Source of the DNA: Mayamaea pseudoterrestris
Taxonomy: Eukaryota
Reading direction: 5' to 3'
DNA: 64,000 nucleotides
NCBI GenBank assembly: GCA_027923505.1
Contig: BROI01000023.1
Span: 124,001 to 188,000 of the forward strand
Positions within the stretch are counted from its first letter, which is position 1. Every line of letters begins with the position of its first letter. Of this stretch, positions 35,227-48,950 are shown in pieces. The position numbers and the translations under genes are program-made. Under the pieces are notes generated by a model. The model made no database searches. It was given only the letters and a program-made list of their open reading frames with translations, and was not told where the DNA came from.

Positions 35227-35897
35227 CAGAAAGAGGAATGACTAATGAAGAGTGAGCATTTGCACATTGTAATCGCATGCGGCTGTGAAGCCCTTGCCTG
35301 GCTAGAGCGATAGAATTTGATTAAAAATATAGCCTCTGACTGATGCTGCGAACGTATGGGCATGATATTAATTATGGAGCTTCCAGATTGCGACTACCGG
35401 CAGTAGTATTTGCTGCAATAGCAATATGCTTGCCCGTACAATGGAACCTCGTTTGGCAAGCGGCAAACGCTTACGTTAATCCGACATCGATTTGACGATT
35501 CTGTGCCACTTTTACAAGGCATGTATATATAAACTTCCAACTTTTGCCAATCTCGTCTGGCGGGGATGTAGCATCCGCAAAGCTCGCGCGAGAACGAGAC
35601 ATTGTCCAGAATTGAATAAATATATGCCCTTCAACGATTGAACATCATTGACATTTCTGCATCGTCTAATTCGGATTGTCGGGCGTCGAGTTCAAGCTAC
35701 AATCATGAATACCTCAATTTTTTCTATTGCCTCGTGACCTTTTTCAATTAAGCCAGGTGCAGAAACCGAAGCCTATTCCGTCACGGTGATGCCATGTCAA
35801 GCCTTCCGCACCTTTCGCTGGCCAGTTTCAACCATTGTTCCATTCTCCAGCACCAAGATCCACGTTCGATTGAAACCAGCGCGAGGAACGATCCACC

Positions 35898-38620
35898 ATG
35901 GTACTGAAGAAGTCAATCATTGACTACGCTCTCGACTCGGACGATGTTTTGCTCCGTGACTTGCTCCTTGATGAATTATATGCGGCAAAGCTGGCGCAGA
36001 TTGAAGTGAATCCGCCCAAGAAGGAGAATGATCACGAAGCGGCGATTCCATCTCCAACTTTACTCGCGCATGGAATCGAGGATATTGGTTGGATCGTTTC
36101 CAACTGCGACGATGCCAATGTGACGGAAGCCTTGACGGCGCAGGACGAGTTTGATCGATTGCAGGTGCTGAAGAAGTATTCCTCCATGAGTATCACTGGT
36201 GACGAAACGCTCAACAAGCTCACCAGCATGGCATGCGACTTGTTTCAGCATGACTACACGTGGATTCTACTCATGGATTTGCGCAAATCATGGATCGTCG
36301 CTGAGGAAGGATTCGGCGGCTTGGCAGAGTGTCCGCGATCGCAATACTTTCCCTGCGCTCATGCGCTTCACTCCACGACAGGAACGCTAATGGTGGAGAA
36401 TCTTTTGGAGGATCCTCGCTTTGTCAAGAGTCCCTTCGCCATTGGTCCCCTTGGAGCTCGGTTTTATGCAGCTGCTCCATTGATATCTCCACAAGGGTTT
36501 CGGATTGGTGTATTTGGCGTCGCCAGCAAGAGACCAAGTACAATGTCAAGACAGGATCAAGGATTGCTGAGCGGCTTTGCCGACCTTGCCATGCGTCACC
36601 TTGTGGACCGTCGCAGGAAGCTTGACTTGGAGGAGAATCTAAAGCGAGCCGTTGCTTGTACCTCGCATGATATCATGACGCCATTGATGGGTCTTCAGCT
36701 TTCGCTCAGCTTGCTCAAGGAGGATGATGATTTGGACAAGATTTTGGATGACGATCAGCGCGAGGCACTTGCTACTGCAGACAATTGTGTATCAACAATG
36801 TGCCAATTGGGTAAATCGGCCATGCAGGATGTGCATGAGGGATTGGTGGAAACGTATTGATGGCAGCGGTACCACTCTGAGCAAGGCTTCGAAACCTTGT
36901 CAGCTTGCTGAACTGGTGGATCGCCTTCATTTGGTACGTCGGACTAATTCTTAGTTTGCGATGAAAAGTTAACAAGGACAACGGACTCACCAGTCGTAAT
37001 CTATCACTTGTACTTTAGACACTTGATCCTGTCGAAAAGTCGGTCCCGCTCATGATTAGCATTGACCCAGATGCTCCGTCAACCGTCATGGTGGCTGATC
37101 TCAAGGTATTTCGCGCGGCCGTTGCATTACTCTGTCTCGCCTGCTCAAGAACGACTTCGGGATGTATCATCCTTCAGATATCCATGAATGACAACAAGCT
37201 CATGTTTGCCTGCGAGACTTCCGCGCCAGCTCTTTTGGATAGCGAAACGGAGTACTTTGTAAATGCAAACGCAAGTACCAAGTCCACACTTCCTTGTTTG
37301 CGCCTCGTAGCCACGGCGGTTCGTTCACTTGGCGGAACATGCGGTCAGACGCTGAACGACAATGACAGAAAGAGTACAACACTCTGGTTCAAGTTACCTC
37401 ATGCTGGTCCGGAGATTGTAGGCAAGCGTCGCGACGAAGGCGCAGTCCATGAGACGGTTTCGTCAATTGGCAACCTTGCGGAAACGATTGATGTCAATTC
37501 AAACGCGCTCCCTGTTTGTACCGCAAGGCCAAATAAGCGCCCAAATAGCGACGTGACAACGACAAGACCTGCACTTGATCCCAGCCTGCCCCGTAAGAAG
37601 AAGGCGCTGGTTGTGGACGATTCACTCGTCGTTCGCAAGACGATGGAGCGCGCATTGTCCACCAAGTTTGGCTATGACGTTATTATGGCCGAAGATGGAA
37701 AAGAAGGACTCGACCGATTGCAGGAACAAGTGTTTGACGTTGTGTTCATGGACTTCTTAATGCCCGTAATGGATGGTTGGGACTGCACTCAGCAGTATCG
37801 TATGTGGGAAGCCGAACACCGTCCTTGGTTCCGACAGCTCATTATTGGTATGAGTGCCCATGCTGGTGACGATGATGTACATCGGGCTAATCAATTTGGA
37901 ATGGACGACTACCGTTGCAAGCCAGTAACTATCAAGACTCTGACCGATCTTTGCGAGGATTTGAAACTTATTCAGGTACAAAAGCAACTTGACTGCTTGC
38001 TTCCACTGTTCAGCAAAACAAATCATGGCACGGTAGACGTCGCGGAATCTATCCCGAAACGACTGAAAGGATCGCTTTTATGCTTATCCAGCGAGATCAC
38101 CATATCACCTCGCGCCAGGAGCCCCCATGTGGACAGTACTCCTCTACAACTCAAGCCACGGGTGGACCGCATCATTGTTGGGTTGCCGACATGCCTGGTG
38201 GCTTGTAGCGCTAAGTCAGGAACAATCTGGAGCACCCCTTCAACTGCATACTCGTTTCAGCAGCGCGGTTGGAATGTGGAATTGGTTGAGTCAAGCGACG
38301 ACGCGTTAGCTTGCCTTAAACAACGAAACTATGATGCCGTCATTGTGGAGAATGAACTCGCACCGCTTTCGGGTGTTTCATGCATTTCAAAGTTCCGGGA
38401 ATGGGAAACCGGCAACCGCGTGAATCGACAGAAAAATGTGTTGCTTCAATTTCCAGCTGGTGGAGCGCTCATGAGTCGCGGCAGCACAACGATTGTGCAG
38501 CCGCCTTGCGGCTTTGACGGAGTCATTGGCACTGGCGCATTATGGGACGATTTTGACACTCTGGTAAAGTCGGACTTGCCAAGGGACAATGCTCAGGTTT
38601 CGGGCATTGTTTTGCGGTAG
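35898..38620 (+). pseudogene. Hybrid histidine-kinase-like gene copy 1 (GAF-HisKA-degenerate HATPase-REC-REC-like) with a frameshift at ~36855; intron 36934-37018
   Basis: GAF (CAHAL..DPRF..RFYAAAPL), H-box SHDIMTPL and REC (VVDDS..MDFLMPVMDG..CKP). The ORF stops at TGA 36858, but homology to copy 2 continues in the +1 frame. Confidence 0.75.
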
Positions 38621-39220
38621 TGCTTTGGGTTTGACATGGTTACATCTAATATCTAGTAGACTACGTTACTTCTGTATGTCTCTACTTCTTTTAGCTACGC
38701 GCATGTTGCTCGGTTGTTGCGCACCATGGTGAATAATATAAGCGCTGGTGCGCAAAGGGCATCATCAACCCATCCGTCGTCATCTGACTGACGTAGATAA
38801 ATGACTGTGACGTACTGCGATCAATGTCTTTTCGGTCGTTCCAACTGCCCACTTCGTCGACAGGGCAATAATAGGTTGTTCGTCAGTTTGTCGAAGGTGT
38901 TCGCTTTCTGTTTCATAAATATCATTCCCGAAATGGCCAATTAGGCCACGTCAATGCAGATGTTGAGGTTGCGATGTGCATATTGAAGAGCTGTTCCATG
39001 CGTGTTCGCCCTTTGTCGCCTTTCTCCCAGACCACGCATCTTTCACCTCCAACCTGCCGCTCAAAGCAACACAGCGCAACAGCGCAACAGTGCAACCCAT
39101 TGACGCAGTCTACGATAGGCAAACGATTGAGGTACTCAAGAAGTGAATTACGCAGCGAAAATCTAACTCGTAGCAGGCAGCGTTGCAAGCAACCATCATT
39201 GACTCTGTTTTTTAACGACC

Positions 39221-41931
39221 ATGCTGAAACAGTCTGTCATTGACTACGCCAAAGACCCCGAGGACTCGCTTTTGCGAGACTTGCTCATTGAGGAGCTCAG
39301 GTTTCAGCAACTAGCTTCCGCTCAATCATCGTCTTCTTCAGATGATAGCAGCAAGCAAGACACCAAAGACTCATTCGCAGCAAGCATGTCTGTCAATATA
39401 GAAGAGATTGGATGGATCATTTCAAACTGCGACGAGGATTCCTCCGAAGCAGTTACAGCCCAAGACGAATTTGAGCGATTAAACGTACTGAAGAAGTACT
39501 CGGCCATGGATTTGGACAATGATGAGGCGCTCAAGGCCATGACGACCATGGTGTCGTCCATGCTGGGGCATGAATACAGCTGGGTTTTGCTCATGGATTT
39601 GCGCAAGAGCTGGATTGTTTCGGCTCAAGGACTAGGCGGCATGTCTGAATGTCCTCGTAATCAGTTCTTTCCCTGTGCTCACGTTTTGAGGTCTCAGAAT
39701 CCCTGCCTGGTAGTCAATGACCTTGTAAAGGACCCTCGCTTTGTCAAGAGTCCATTTGCCATCGGACCGTTGGGAGCTCGCTTCTACGCGGCAGCTCCGC
39801 TTATATCACCCGAAGGCTTTCGAATTGGCGTTTTTGGGGTGGCAAGTCGACGGCCTAGCACAATGTCTGCGACTGAGCAAGAATTTTTGACCAATGTTTC
39901 CAACCTTGCCATGCAGCACCTTGTGGACCGTCGGCGACGCTTGGACTTGGAGGAAAATCTTAAAAAGGCAGTAGCATGTACGTCACATGATATCATGACG
40001 CCGCTCATGGGACTGCAGTTGTCATTGTCATCCCTTCGAGAGGATCAGGAGCTCAATAGCGTCGTGTCGGAGTACCATCGCGACCTGCTGACAACGGCAG
40101 ACAATTGCGCTACAACAATGTGTCAGCTGGGGACGACAGCTATGCAAAACATTCATGAAAGTTTGGCAGCGACTGAAGCTGATTCGGCTGGTTTAGGGAC
40201 ATGTTCGCGGGGATCCGAATATGTTTGCCAAGTGGCTGACCTTGTAGATCGACTGCATCAGGTGAGGATAACAGCAGGTTGCGCAAAAAAATGTCGTACA
40301 GAAATTTGGCTCAACAGTTCAATCCCTTCATTCGACAGACTCTCGATCCGATTGAAAAGAACGTCCCACTTATGATCACTGTCGATCCCAGCACTCCGCC
40401 AACGCTTGCTGTATCCGATTTGAAGATCTTCCGCGCCGCGTTGGCCATCCTGTGCTTGGCCTGTGCGCGAACTAGAACAGGCTTCGTCCTCCTGAAAATT
40501 TCCATGGTACATGGCCAAGTTGTTTTTGCTTGTGAGAGTTCCATGCCGGCGCTTGAAAGTAACGAAACGGCTTCGTTCATTGACACCACCAAGAAAAATA
40601 AGGATGATACCATCCCGTGCCTGCTGTTGGCGGCCAAGACCATTTCATCGCTTGGCGGAACGTGCAACTATCGTCCAGGTCAGACGTCCGTATTGTCGTT
40701 TAAAATACCGGGAGCAGATACTCAAACAAGTTCGTGTCTGCGTGGGTTTGAGCTTGCGGCTGCGCGAGGCGATGCGACGACTACCAACGACGTTTTGCAG
40801 ACTACTACGACGCAATCGCCATTACTAAAACGGCCACTTTTGTCCATTGTAAGCGCATCTGCACCATCGCTATTTGACCTTGCTGAAGCTGATCCTACTA
40901 TGCCGCGCAAACGCAAGGTCCTGGTTATTGACGATTCACTAGTGGTCCGCAAATCCTTGCACCGGGCGCTTTCTACTAAGTTTGGGTACGAGGTGACTTT
41001 GGCTGAAGACGGCAAGGAAGGACTTGCTCGATTACAGGAGACTGTCTTTGATTTCGTACTTTGTGATTTTCTGATGCCAGTCATGGACGGCTGGGATTGT
41101 ACACAACAATATCGCCAATGGGAATCCCACCATAGACCTTGGTTTCGCCAATTGATCATTGGGATGAGTGCGCACGCTGGCGACAAGGACGTGCAACGGG
41201 CTAGTCAATTTGGAATGGATGACTACAAATGCAAACCTGTCACCATTAAAGTATTGACTGAACTTAGCGAGGATCTCAAGATAAACCAGATTAAAACGCA
41301 GCTAGATTACCTGCTCCCATTGTTTGGAACGCGGACTACAGCTGTCGCTAACTCACCAGCGAACAAGCGAAAGCGGACAACATCAATATTATGCCTCACA
41401 AGCAATTTGGTCCCTGATAGCTTAAATGCCACGGAAGAAGCAGACAAAGACATGAGAAATATGAAAAACGCGATCGAACTTGGCAAGCCTGTTTGTCTTG
41501 TTTGCCGCAGTTCGTCGGCTGCATCGCCATGGAGTACCATTGCCGTCACGGAGGCCTTCCAGCAACAGGGATGGATGATTGAAAAAGTACAAAGCAGCAA
41601 TGAAGCCATGACCCGGCTGAAGCAGCGGAATTACGACGCTGTTATAGTTGACAGTGAATTGTCACCAGTTCCAGGAGTGGCCTGCATCGCAACCTTTCGT
41701 GAGTGGGAGTCGAGCAATCGAGTTAACCGACAAAAGAATGTGCTGTTGCAATTCCCCGCAAATTCCGCACTGTCTCAAGCCATGAGAGAAAGCGATTCCG
41801 CCATAGTCCAGCCTCCGTCTGGTTTTGACGGAGTTATCGGTGGCCAATCAGTGTGGGCTGACTTCAATGGTGTCGTAGGTAGCCCGGTAGCTGATGGCAT
41901 TGCACAGGTTACAGGCATTGTAATGCGTTAG
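39221..41931 (+). CDS. Hybrid histidine-kinase-like gene copy 2 (GAF-HisKA-degenerate HATPase-REC-REC-like); exons 39221-40261 and 40339-41931
   Basis: Tandem paralogue of copy 1 with the same intron position (LVDRLHQ|TLDPIEK) and an intact frame. Confidence 0.88.
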
Positions 41932-42071
41932 TTAGCTTGGCATTTTAAATAAAATCGATGTGTTACATGTTTGTCGTACCAGATTTGTGCCATTTACCGC
42001 CATTGTAAGTGTCCTGTTTGCAACAGCCATTGCCTGGCGGCGTTGCCACAATGATCACTATTCCAATTTTA

Positions 42072-42270
42072 AAAGTTGCGGACAGTTGGCATGCTTTATG
42101 CAACGCTCTAATGATGGCAAAGGTGCTGCAATTGGATTCAACGACATGTGATGCTGCCAACATGCTACTACATGCTGGCCGAGAGGACCACACCCATACT
42201 GCTGCTAAATAAACTCATGCATCAGAAAATATGGATTGATGAATAAAGCAGTGATTAAGGAATGAAGTAA
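42072..42270 (-). pseudogene. Diverged relic of the LHC gene 3' end (last codons YFIP* plus downstream region)
   Basis: Aligns by eye with 63498-63685 (e.g. GGTGCTGCAATTGGAT, TGCTACTACATG, AGTGATTAAGGAAT). Confidence 0.8.
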
Positions 42271-42280
42271 CGCACTTGAG

Positions 42281-42952
42281 CACCATGGGGACCATGGGGA
42301 CTCATTGGACATCTGCCCTCTCATATATTCAGGCTACAAGTGAGCCACAAATGCGGTAGCTGCACCATTCGCACCGCATACTAGTCCCCAAGCACAGCCA
42401 GCCATAAATGGATGGAAATGGACCACAGCAGGTAGTGGTGGGAGGCCACACTTTAGCACCATGGGGACCATGGGGACTCATTGGACATCTGCCCTCTCAT
42501 ATATTCAGGCTACAAGTGAGCCACAAATGCGGTAGCTGCACCATTCGCACCGCATACTACGGTAGTCCCCAAGCATAGCCAGCCATAAATGGATGGAAAT
42601 GGACCACAACAGGTAGTGGTGGGAGGCCACACTTTAGCACCACGAGAATCATGGTTACTCATTCAGCATGTGCCCTCCCATATATTACAGGCTACAAGCA
42701 AGCTACAAATGAGGCAGCTGCACCAATCTGACCGCATACTAGTCCCCAAGCATAGCCATGCATAAATGGATGGAATATATACAGCGGGTAGTGCTAGGAG
42801 GCCACATTTTTGCACGACATGGATCATGGATACTCATTCAGCAGTTGCCCTCCCATACATTCCAGGCAACAAGTAAGCTACAAATGAGGCAGCTGCACCA
42901 ATCTGACTGCATACTAGTCCCCAAGCATAGCCGGACATTAATGGATGGAAAT
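42281..42952. repeat. Satellite A, 175-181-bp unit, about 3.8 copies
   Basis: Unit starts at 42281, 42457, 42638 and 42813. Confidence 0.95.
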
Positions 42953-45077
42953 GCCATCACCCTGGATGCTATTGGTGATATTTGGCAGATCCAACAACTT
43001 GTTGGATCTGCGAGCCATGCACCTCAAGAAGCAAGTCCAGCTGCCGGAATGGCCCACAGACCCTGGAATACAACAAACATGCAATTCAACATTGAATGGG
43101 ACTGATAGTCTTGTCATTTTGGGTGTGGAACCCATCACCATGCCAGGAGACTCCGCACATTCAACAAATGGTTGAATGTGCCAGCAGTGCCCCCTTTTTG
43201 GCTACAGGGATCATCAGCATTGCATGCCGAGCCCAACGAACCCTTTCAATTCATGTTTGTTGACATGATGGGCTAGGAATGTGGTTACATGCACCTCAGT
43301 ATCCATCACCATGGATGCTATTGGTGATACTTGGCAGATCCAACAACTTGTTGGATCTGCAAGCCATGCACCTCAGGTGGCAAGTCCAGCTGCCTGAATG
43401 GCTCACAGACTCTAGAATACAACAAACATGCAATTCAACATTGAATGGGACTGATAGTCTTGTCATTTTGGGTGTGGACCCCATCACCATGCCAGGAGAC
43501 TCCACACATTCAACAACAAATGGTTGAATGTGCCAGCAGGGTCCCCTTTTTGGCTACAGGGATCATCAGCGTTGCGTGCCAAGCCCTCCAATCCCTTTCA
43601 ATTCATGTTTGTTGACATGATGGGCTAGGAATGTAATTACATGCACCTCAGTATCCATCACCATGGATGCTACTGGTGATACTTGGAAGATCCAACAACT
43701 TGTTGGATCTGCAAGCCATGCACCTGCCTGAATGGCCCACAGACCCTGGAATACTACAAACATGCAATTTAACATTGAATGGGATTGATAGTCTTGTCAA
43801 TTTTGGGTGTGGAACCCATCACCATGCCAGAAGACTCAGCACATTCAACAAATGGTTGAATGTGCCAGCAGGTTCCCCTTTTTTGCTACACGGATCATCA
43901 GCATTGCGTGCCGAGCCCTCCAATCCCTTTCAATTCATGTTTGATGACATGATGGGATAGGAATGTGGTTACATGCACCTCAGTATCCATCACCATGGAT
44001 GCTATTGGTGATACTTGGCAGATCCAACAACTTGTTGGATCTGCAAGCCATGCACCTCAGGTGGCAAGTCCAGCTGCCTGAATGGCTCACAGACTCTAGA
44101 ATGCAACAAACATGCAATTCAACAATGAATGGGACTGATAGTCTTGTCATTTTGGGTGTGGACCCCATCACCATGCCAGGAGACTCCGCACATTCAACAA
44201 CAAATGGTTGAATGTGCCAGCAGTGCCACCTTTTCGGCTACAGGGACCATCAGCATTGCGTGCCAAGCCCTCCAATCCCTTTCAATTCATGTTTGTTGAC
44301 ATGATGGGCTAGGAATGTAATTACATGCACCTCAGTATCCATCACCATGGATGCTACTGGTGATACTTGGCAGATCCAACAACTTGTTGGATCTGCAAGC
44401 CATGCACCTCAGGTGGCAAGTCCAGCTGCCTGAATGGCCCACAGTTCCTGGAATACTACAAACATGCAATTTAACATTGAATGGGATTGATAGTCTTGTC
44501 AATTTTGGGTGTGGAACCCATCACCATGCCAGAAGACTCCGCACATTCAACAAATGGTTGAATGTGCCAGCAGAGTCCCCTTTTTGGCTACACGGATCAT
44601 CAGCATTGCGTGCCGAGCCCTCCAATCCCTTTCAATTCATGTTTGATGACATGATGGGATAGGAATGTGGTTACATGCACCTCAGTATCCATCACCATGG
44701 ATGCTATTGGTGATACTTGGCAGATCCAACAACTTGTTGGATCTGCGAGCCATGCACCTCAAGTGGCAAGTCCAGCTGCCTGAATGGTCCACAGACCCTG
44801 GAATACAACTAACATGCAATTCAATATTGAATGGGACTGATAGTCTTGTCATTTGGGTGTGGAACCCATCACCATGCCAGGAGACTCCGCACATTCAACA
44901 AATGGTTGAATGTGCCAGCAGTGCCCCCTTTTTGGCTACAGGGATCATCAGCATTGCTTGCTGAGCCCTCCAATCCCTTTTTATTCATGTTTGTTGACAG
45001 GATGGGCTAGGCATGTGGTTGCATGAACCTCAGTATCCATCACCATGGATCTTGTTGGATCTGTGAGCCATGCACCT
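42953..45077. repeat. Satellite B (~349-bp unit), block 1, about 6 monomers
   Basis: The unit GGAATGTGGTTACATGCACCTCAGTATCC... (and its variants) recurs every ~335-352 bp. Confidence 0.98.
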
Positions 45078-48000
45078 TAACACCGTTGACGATTTCGCAG
45101 TCAACGTCTTACCTCCAAAAAGCTCCGATACAGGGTCCTTGGCCACGGTCTGTACAGCTCTTGATGGAGATGGCTCGTCGAATAGTCTTGCGCTCGCCAC
45201 TACACGAATACGACTGCACTCTCGTCGCAAACTAGTAGTTCTATATTGTGAGCTTATCGCTACATCACTACATCGACCACTCGGAAGATCATCCGATCAA
45301 TCCGTTTCTTTCAATCACATTACATCAGTCGTAATCGATCGTTCCATTCATACAACGCATCCACGCGACGGTTGCGCACTTTCTTCATTCACATGTCACA
45401 TACGACAGCTGCGGACTCGACACAAGCTAATTAGGGTTCGGGCACTTGACTTCGCCGCTCTGCGACTTGTCACCTCCCTGCGCTGCTCGTGCAGCCGGCA
45501 TTCTTGTCCTTCACAATCGCACCGCATACTATGCAAAACAATACGGCTAGCAATGGCATCGCATCACAGTACGGAGGTACTTGGCAGATCCGCAATGTTC
45601 TCCTTTCCGTCAATCTTCACAAACTTGGTAATCCCCGCAGCAACTGCCCAACGAACACAGGCAGGCCAAGGAATTGTACTTGGACAACGTCGGACCCGGA
45701 TTGTAGATGTAATCACTGCGGTGTCCGTACATCCAGGCAGACTTCTCCAATGGACGCCCATAGCCATGCGAGCGACGCACGAGAAAAGTGCTGATATCCG
45801 TTTCACTCTTCACGACTCCGATCGACAAGCGCAGTCTCGACTGTAGCCTGGAGTTTGCAATGCCAGTCGACAGGCGTCTGGTTGACAAATGACAAAACTC
45901 CTTCCAATGACTTGCCTGTCACCATGCAATGCATGAGACACGCATCCTCGAAAGTTGATGTTCGTACAGTCACACCCTTTGGCGGTGGGTAGACATCCAA
46001 CATCTCATCAACTCCGTCCTTCCCGTAAACGCTGCGCTCCCAATCTTGTTCCTCCATGGTGCCGAAGTGCTCCTCGTTGGCTGGCCACTTCGTGCGGAAA
46101 CGGATTGCTGCATCCGGTAACTCTTGCAAATATCCACAGACTCGCTTCACCCGCTGCAGGTGTCCCTTGCGCGGCTCCACACGGAATCGCGACAGACTCA
46201 CAACTGCTACGGCAATGTCAAATCGTCCCAAAGTAATCGCCCACTGAAGTGCTCCGACTAGAAACTGGTAAATCTTCTTCTCTTGGTCGTTCAGTAGCTC
46301 GCTTTGGTCAAGTTCTGGATGATCGTCTTTGTTGATTGGTGATGAGTACTTCTTCGGAGGCCCTTCAAACAAACGCTCGTACTGCGCCAAGAGTTTCGCA
46401 ACGTAGGTCTTGGCCGACCAGTAAAGAGTTCCATCAGGGTCTCGTCCAAAGTCACCGCCGAGATGATACTCGGGATGTCCAACACCTTTGAGCTTAAACT
46501 TGTACTTCTCCTCTAGCATCTTGAAGAACGCTGCTGGATCGTCTGAAATATTCAACAGATCGTCGACCCATACACAGAGGTAGTCGTAGCTGTCGCCGGC
46601 GTCCTTGATCCACAGATCGGAATCGCAATAGGATGGCTTCCACCCTTCCGCAAGTAGGGCGTCGGCTAAGCGTTCGTGAAATCGTGCTCCGCTCGTTCGC
46701 AATCCCCTACAGCGCCTTGGCGATGACCAGGATGTGTCTTCGCGCTCCCCGAACTCGGGCTCCAACGATACCTTCTCCTTGGTGAACGCTTCGAGATAAG
46801 CATTCCCAATGTCGGCGACCGTGCACTTCTTGCCGTTCGCTTCTCCAATGACGAGAGCTAGACGCATTGCCTTCAATGAGATAACACTGGAGTAGGCATC
46901 GTCGTTGTCTTTCGTCATGTGGCCGCCTGCAACAAGACGTGCCTTGTATCGCAAATCGTGCTTGACATCGTACACAAAATAAGCTCGGATCTTTTGGTAA
47001 CCAGTTGGTGGTGCTGTGGTGGAACTCGGACCGAGATCTTGAAACGTCTCGTACTTGTCCAGGTTTGCCAGCTCCACGCCTTCCGCATCCGTCCACTTCG
47101 TGTGCCCTGCAGCTTCCTGCAAACGTCGCGCTTCCTTCCAATCTTGGGGTACTTGGACTCCAAACTTGTAGCGCGGTCCGTTCTTCTGCTGCTCCATTCG
47201 GGCGGTCGCCACCTTGCGCGCAACCTTCTTGGCGTTCCGGGCCCATCGATTCAGCGATGTCCATCCGTCCTTGTCGAGAAGATTATGCTTTTGCGCGTAG
47301 GCTGCCACCGATACTTTGTCGCTTTCGATCATCGCGTTGAGAGGCTCCCAAGTCTTGGATCCATCATCCCATTGTACAAGGACGTTCCACTTGGAGTGCT
47401 TCCAGTTCCTCGACTTGCTCGTCAGCGGACCCTGATGGTCTAGAATCTCCTTGAAGAACCATTTACACTCAGGATTCGCCATGTCTTGGTTCACTTCGGC
47501 CTCGTAGAGATCGGAAACCTCGACTTAGGACATGACTTCGTCTGCTTCGCCGTTACCAAGCTTCAGCATCATTTTAATGTTCTGATGATTCTGGGCGTCG
47601 CGGTTGTTCAGCTTGCTCTCGCTACACTTCGGTCTCCTCTTGATGCCACGACGATTGTGGGATTTTCAGGAGGTTCCAAAATGGGGGTGTACGCCATCGG
47701 TTGCGGGTCTTGGATTTGATCAGCATGTAGGGAAACGGGCCCAAAAGATTGTGTAGTAGTTTGGCGTCATTGTAGTTCTCTTCCTTGCTGGACCACTGGA
47801 TAAGCCAATTGACGGAGACTTGGCGTAACCCGACGAAAATTGCATTCGTCTTCGGCCGAACGAGATCCAACTCGGCGCCATCCCATCGAGGTACTCCAAC
47901 TCTGCAATGCACGCTGAGGCATTGGTCGATGTGTTTGACAAGAGTCTCGGTGTCTTGCAGGTATACCTCGAAACGCGCTAAAAACCTTGAACACTGATAC

Positions 48001-48950
48001 TGATACGATTGGGTCGAGTGCAGCTGGTGGCTTGAACTCGTCCTAGCCAAGTCACTGCATGCGGTTCTTGAAGGCCCGCCAGTATGAGCAGAACTCGATC
48101 GTTCTTGAGTCCGCATTTTCAAATGCGTCGTGTTGTTTGCCAAGTGAAGTCACGTGTGCTGTACCCGAATGTGGTCTGGTCTTTCTCCAGGTTTTGCCAT
48201 TGCGCAGTCGTCTGATGTTGCTCGTGAATCCAACTCATGAGCTTGCGCAATCGGCTTGTTCGTATCGTCGACCAATGGTACTGGTTCTTAATGTTCGTCG
48301 CGTCTTGTTCCGACAACTCGGTCATCGCCTCCGCAGTCGTGAGTTCTTCGGATTCGAAGCATACTGCGGTAGGGTCGTTTGGATCCCAAGTAGCGGATGC
48401 TGCGAGCCACGGAATGTCAAAGACTTTACCGACGGCACGCTTGTAGGTCGTTACATCAATCTCGAAATCCGTTGGTTGATCAGAGGAATGACTTGCTGCA
48501 GATGAATTTGTCACGATAGCTCCTCGCTGGGTCTCGAAGCACTGAAGTGTTAATCTAACACCGTTGACGATTTCGCAGTCAACGTCTTACCTCCAATAAG
48601 CTCCGATACAGGGTCCTTGGCCACGGTCTGTACAGCTCTTGATGGAGATGGCTCGTTGAATAGTCTTGCGCTCGCCACTACACGAATATGACTGCACTCT
48701 CGTCGCAAACTAGTAGTTCTATATTGTGAGCTTATCGCTACATCGCTACATCGACCACTCGGAAGATCATCCGATCAATCCGTTTCTTTCAATCACATTA
48801 CATCAGTCGTAATCGATCGTTCCATTCATACAACGCATCCACGCGACGGTTGCACACTTTCTTCATTCACATGTCACATACGACAGCTGCGGACTCGACA
48901 CAAGCTAATTAGGGTTCGGGCTCTTGACTTCGCTGCTCTGCGACTTGTCA
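45078..48950 (-). mobile_element. Ty1/Copia (CoDi-like) LTR retrotransposon 1, internally deleted; LTRs 45078-45472 and 48556-48950; TSD CACCT
   Basis: 395-bp LTRs with 7 differences seen, a PPT-like AGGGAGG and gag remnants at 48119-48514. ORF 45803-47494 carries chromo-like, RT (KARLVAGGH, WVDD) and RNase H regions. No protease or integrase core is seen. Confidence 0.95.

Noticed and set aside
43095..43115. Hammerhead ribozyme in the satellite (GGACTGATAGTC)
   Set aside because: No CTGATGA core with a matching GAAA found
45431..45442. TTAGGG in the element-1 LTR as telomeric sequence
   Set aside because: Single hexamer, no array
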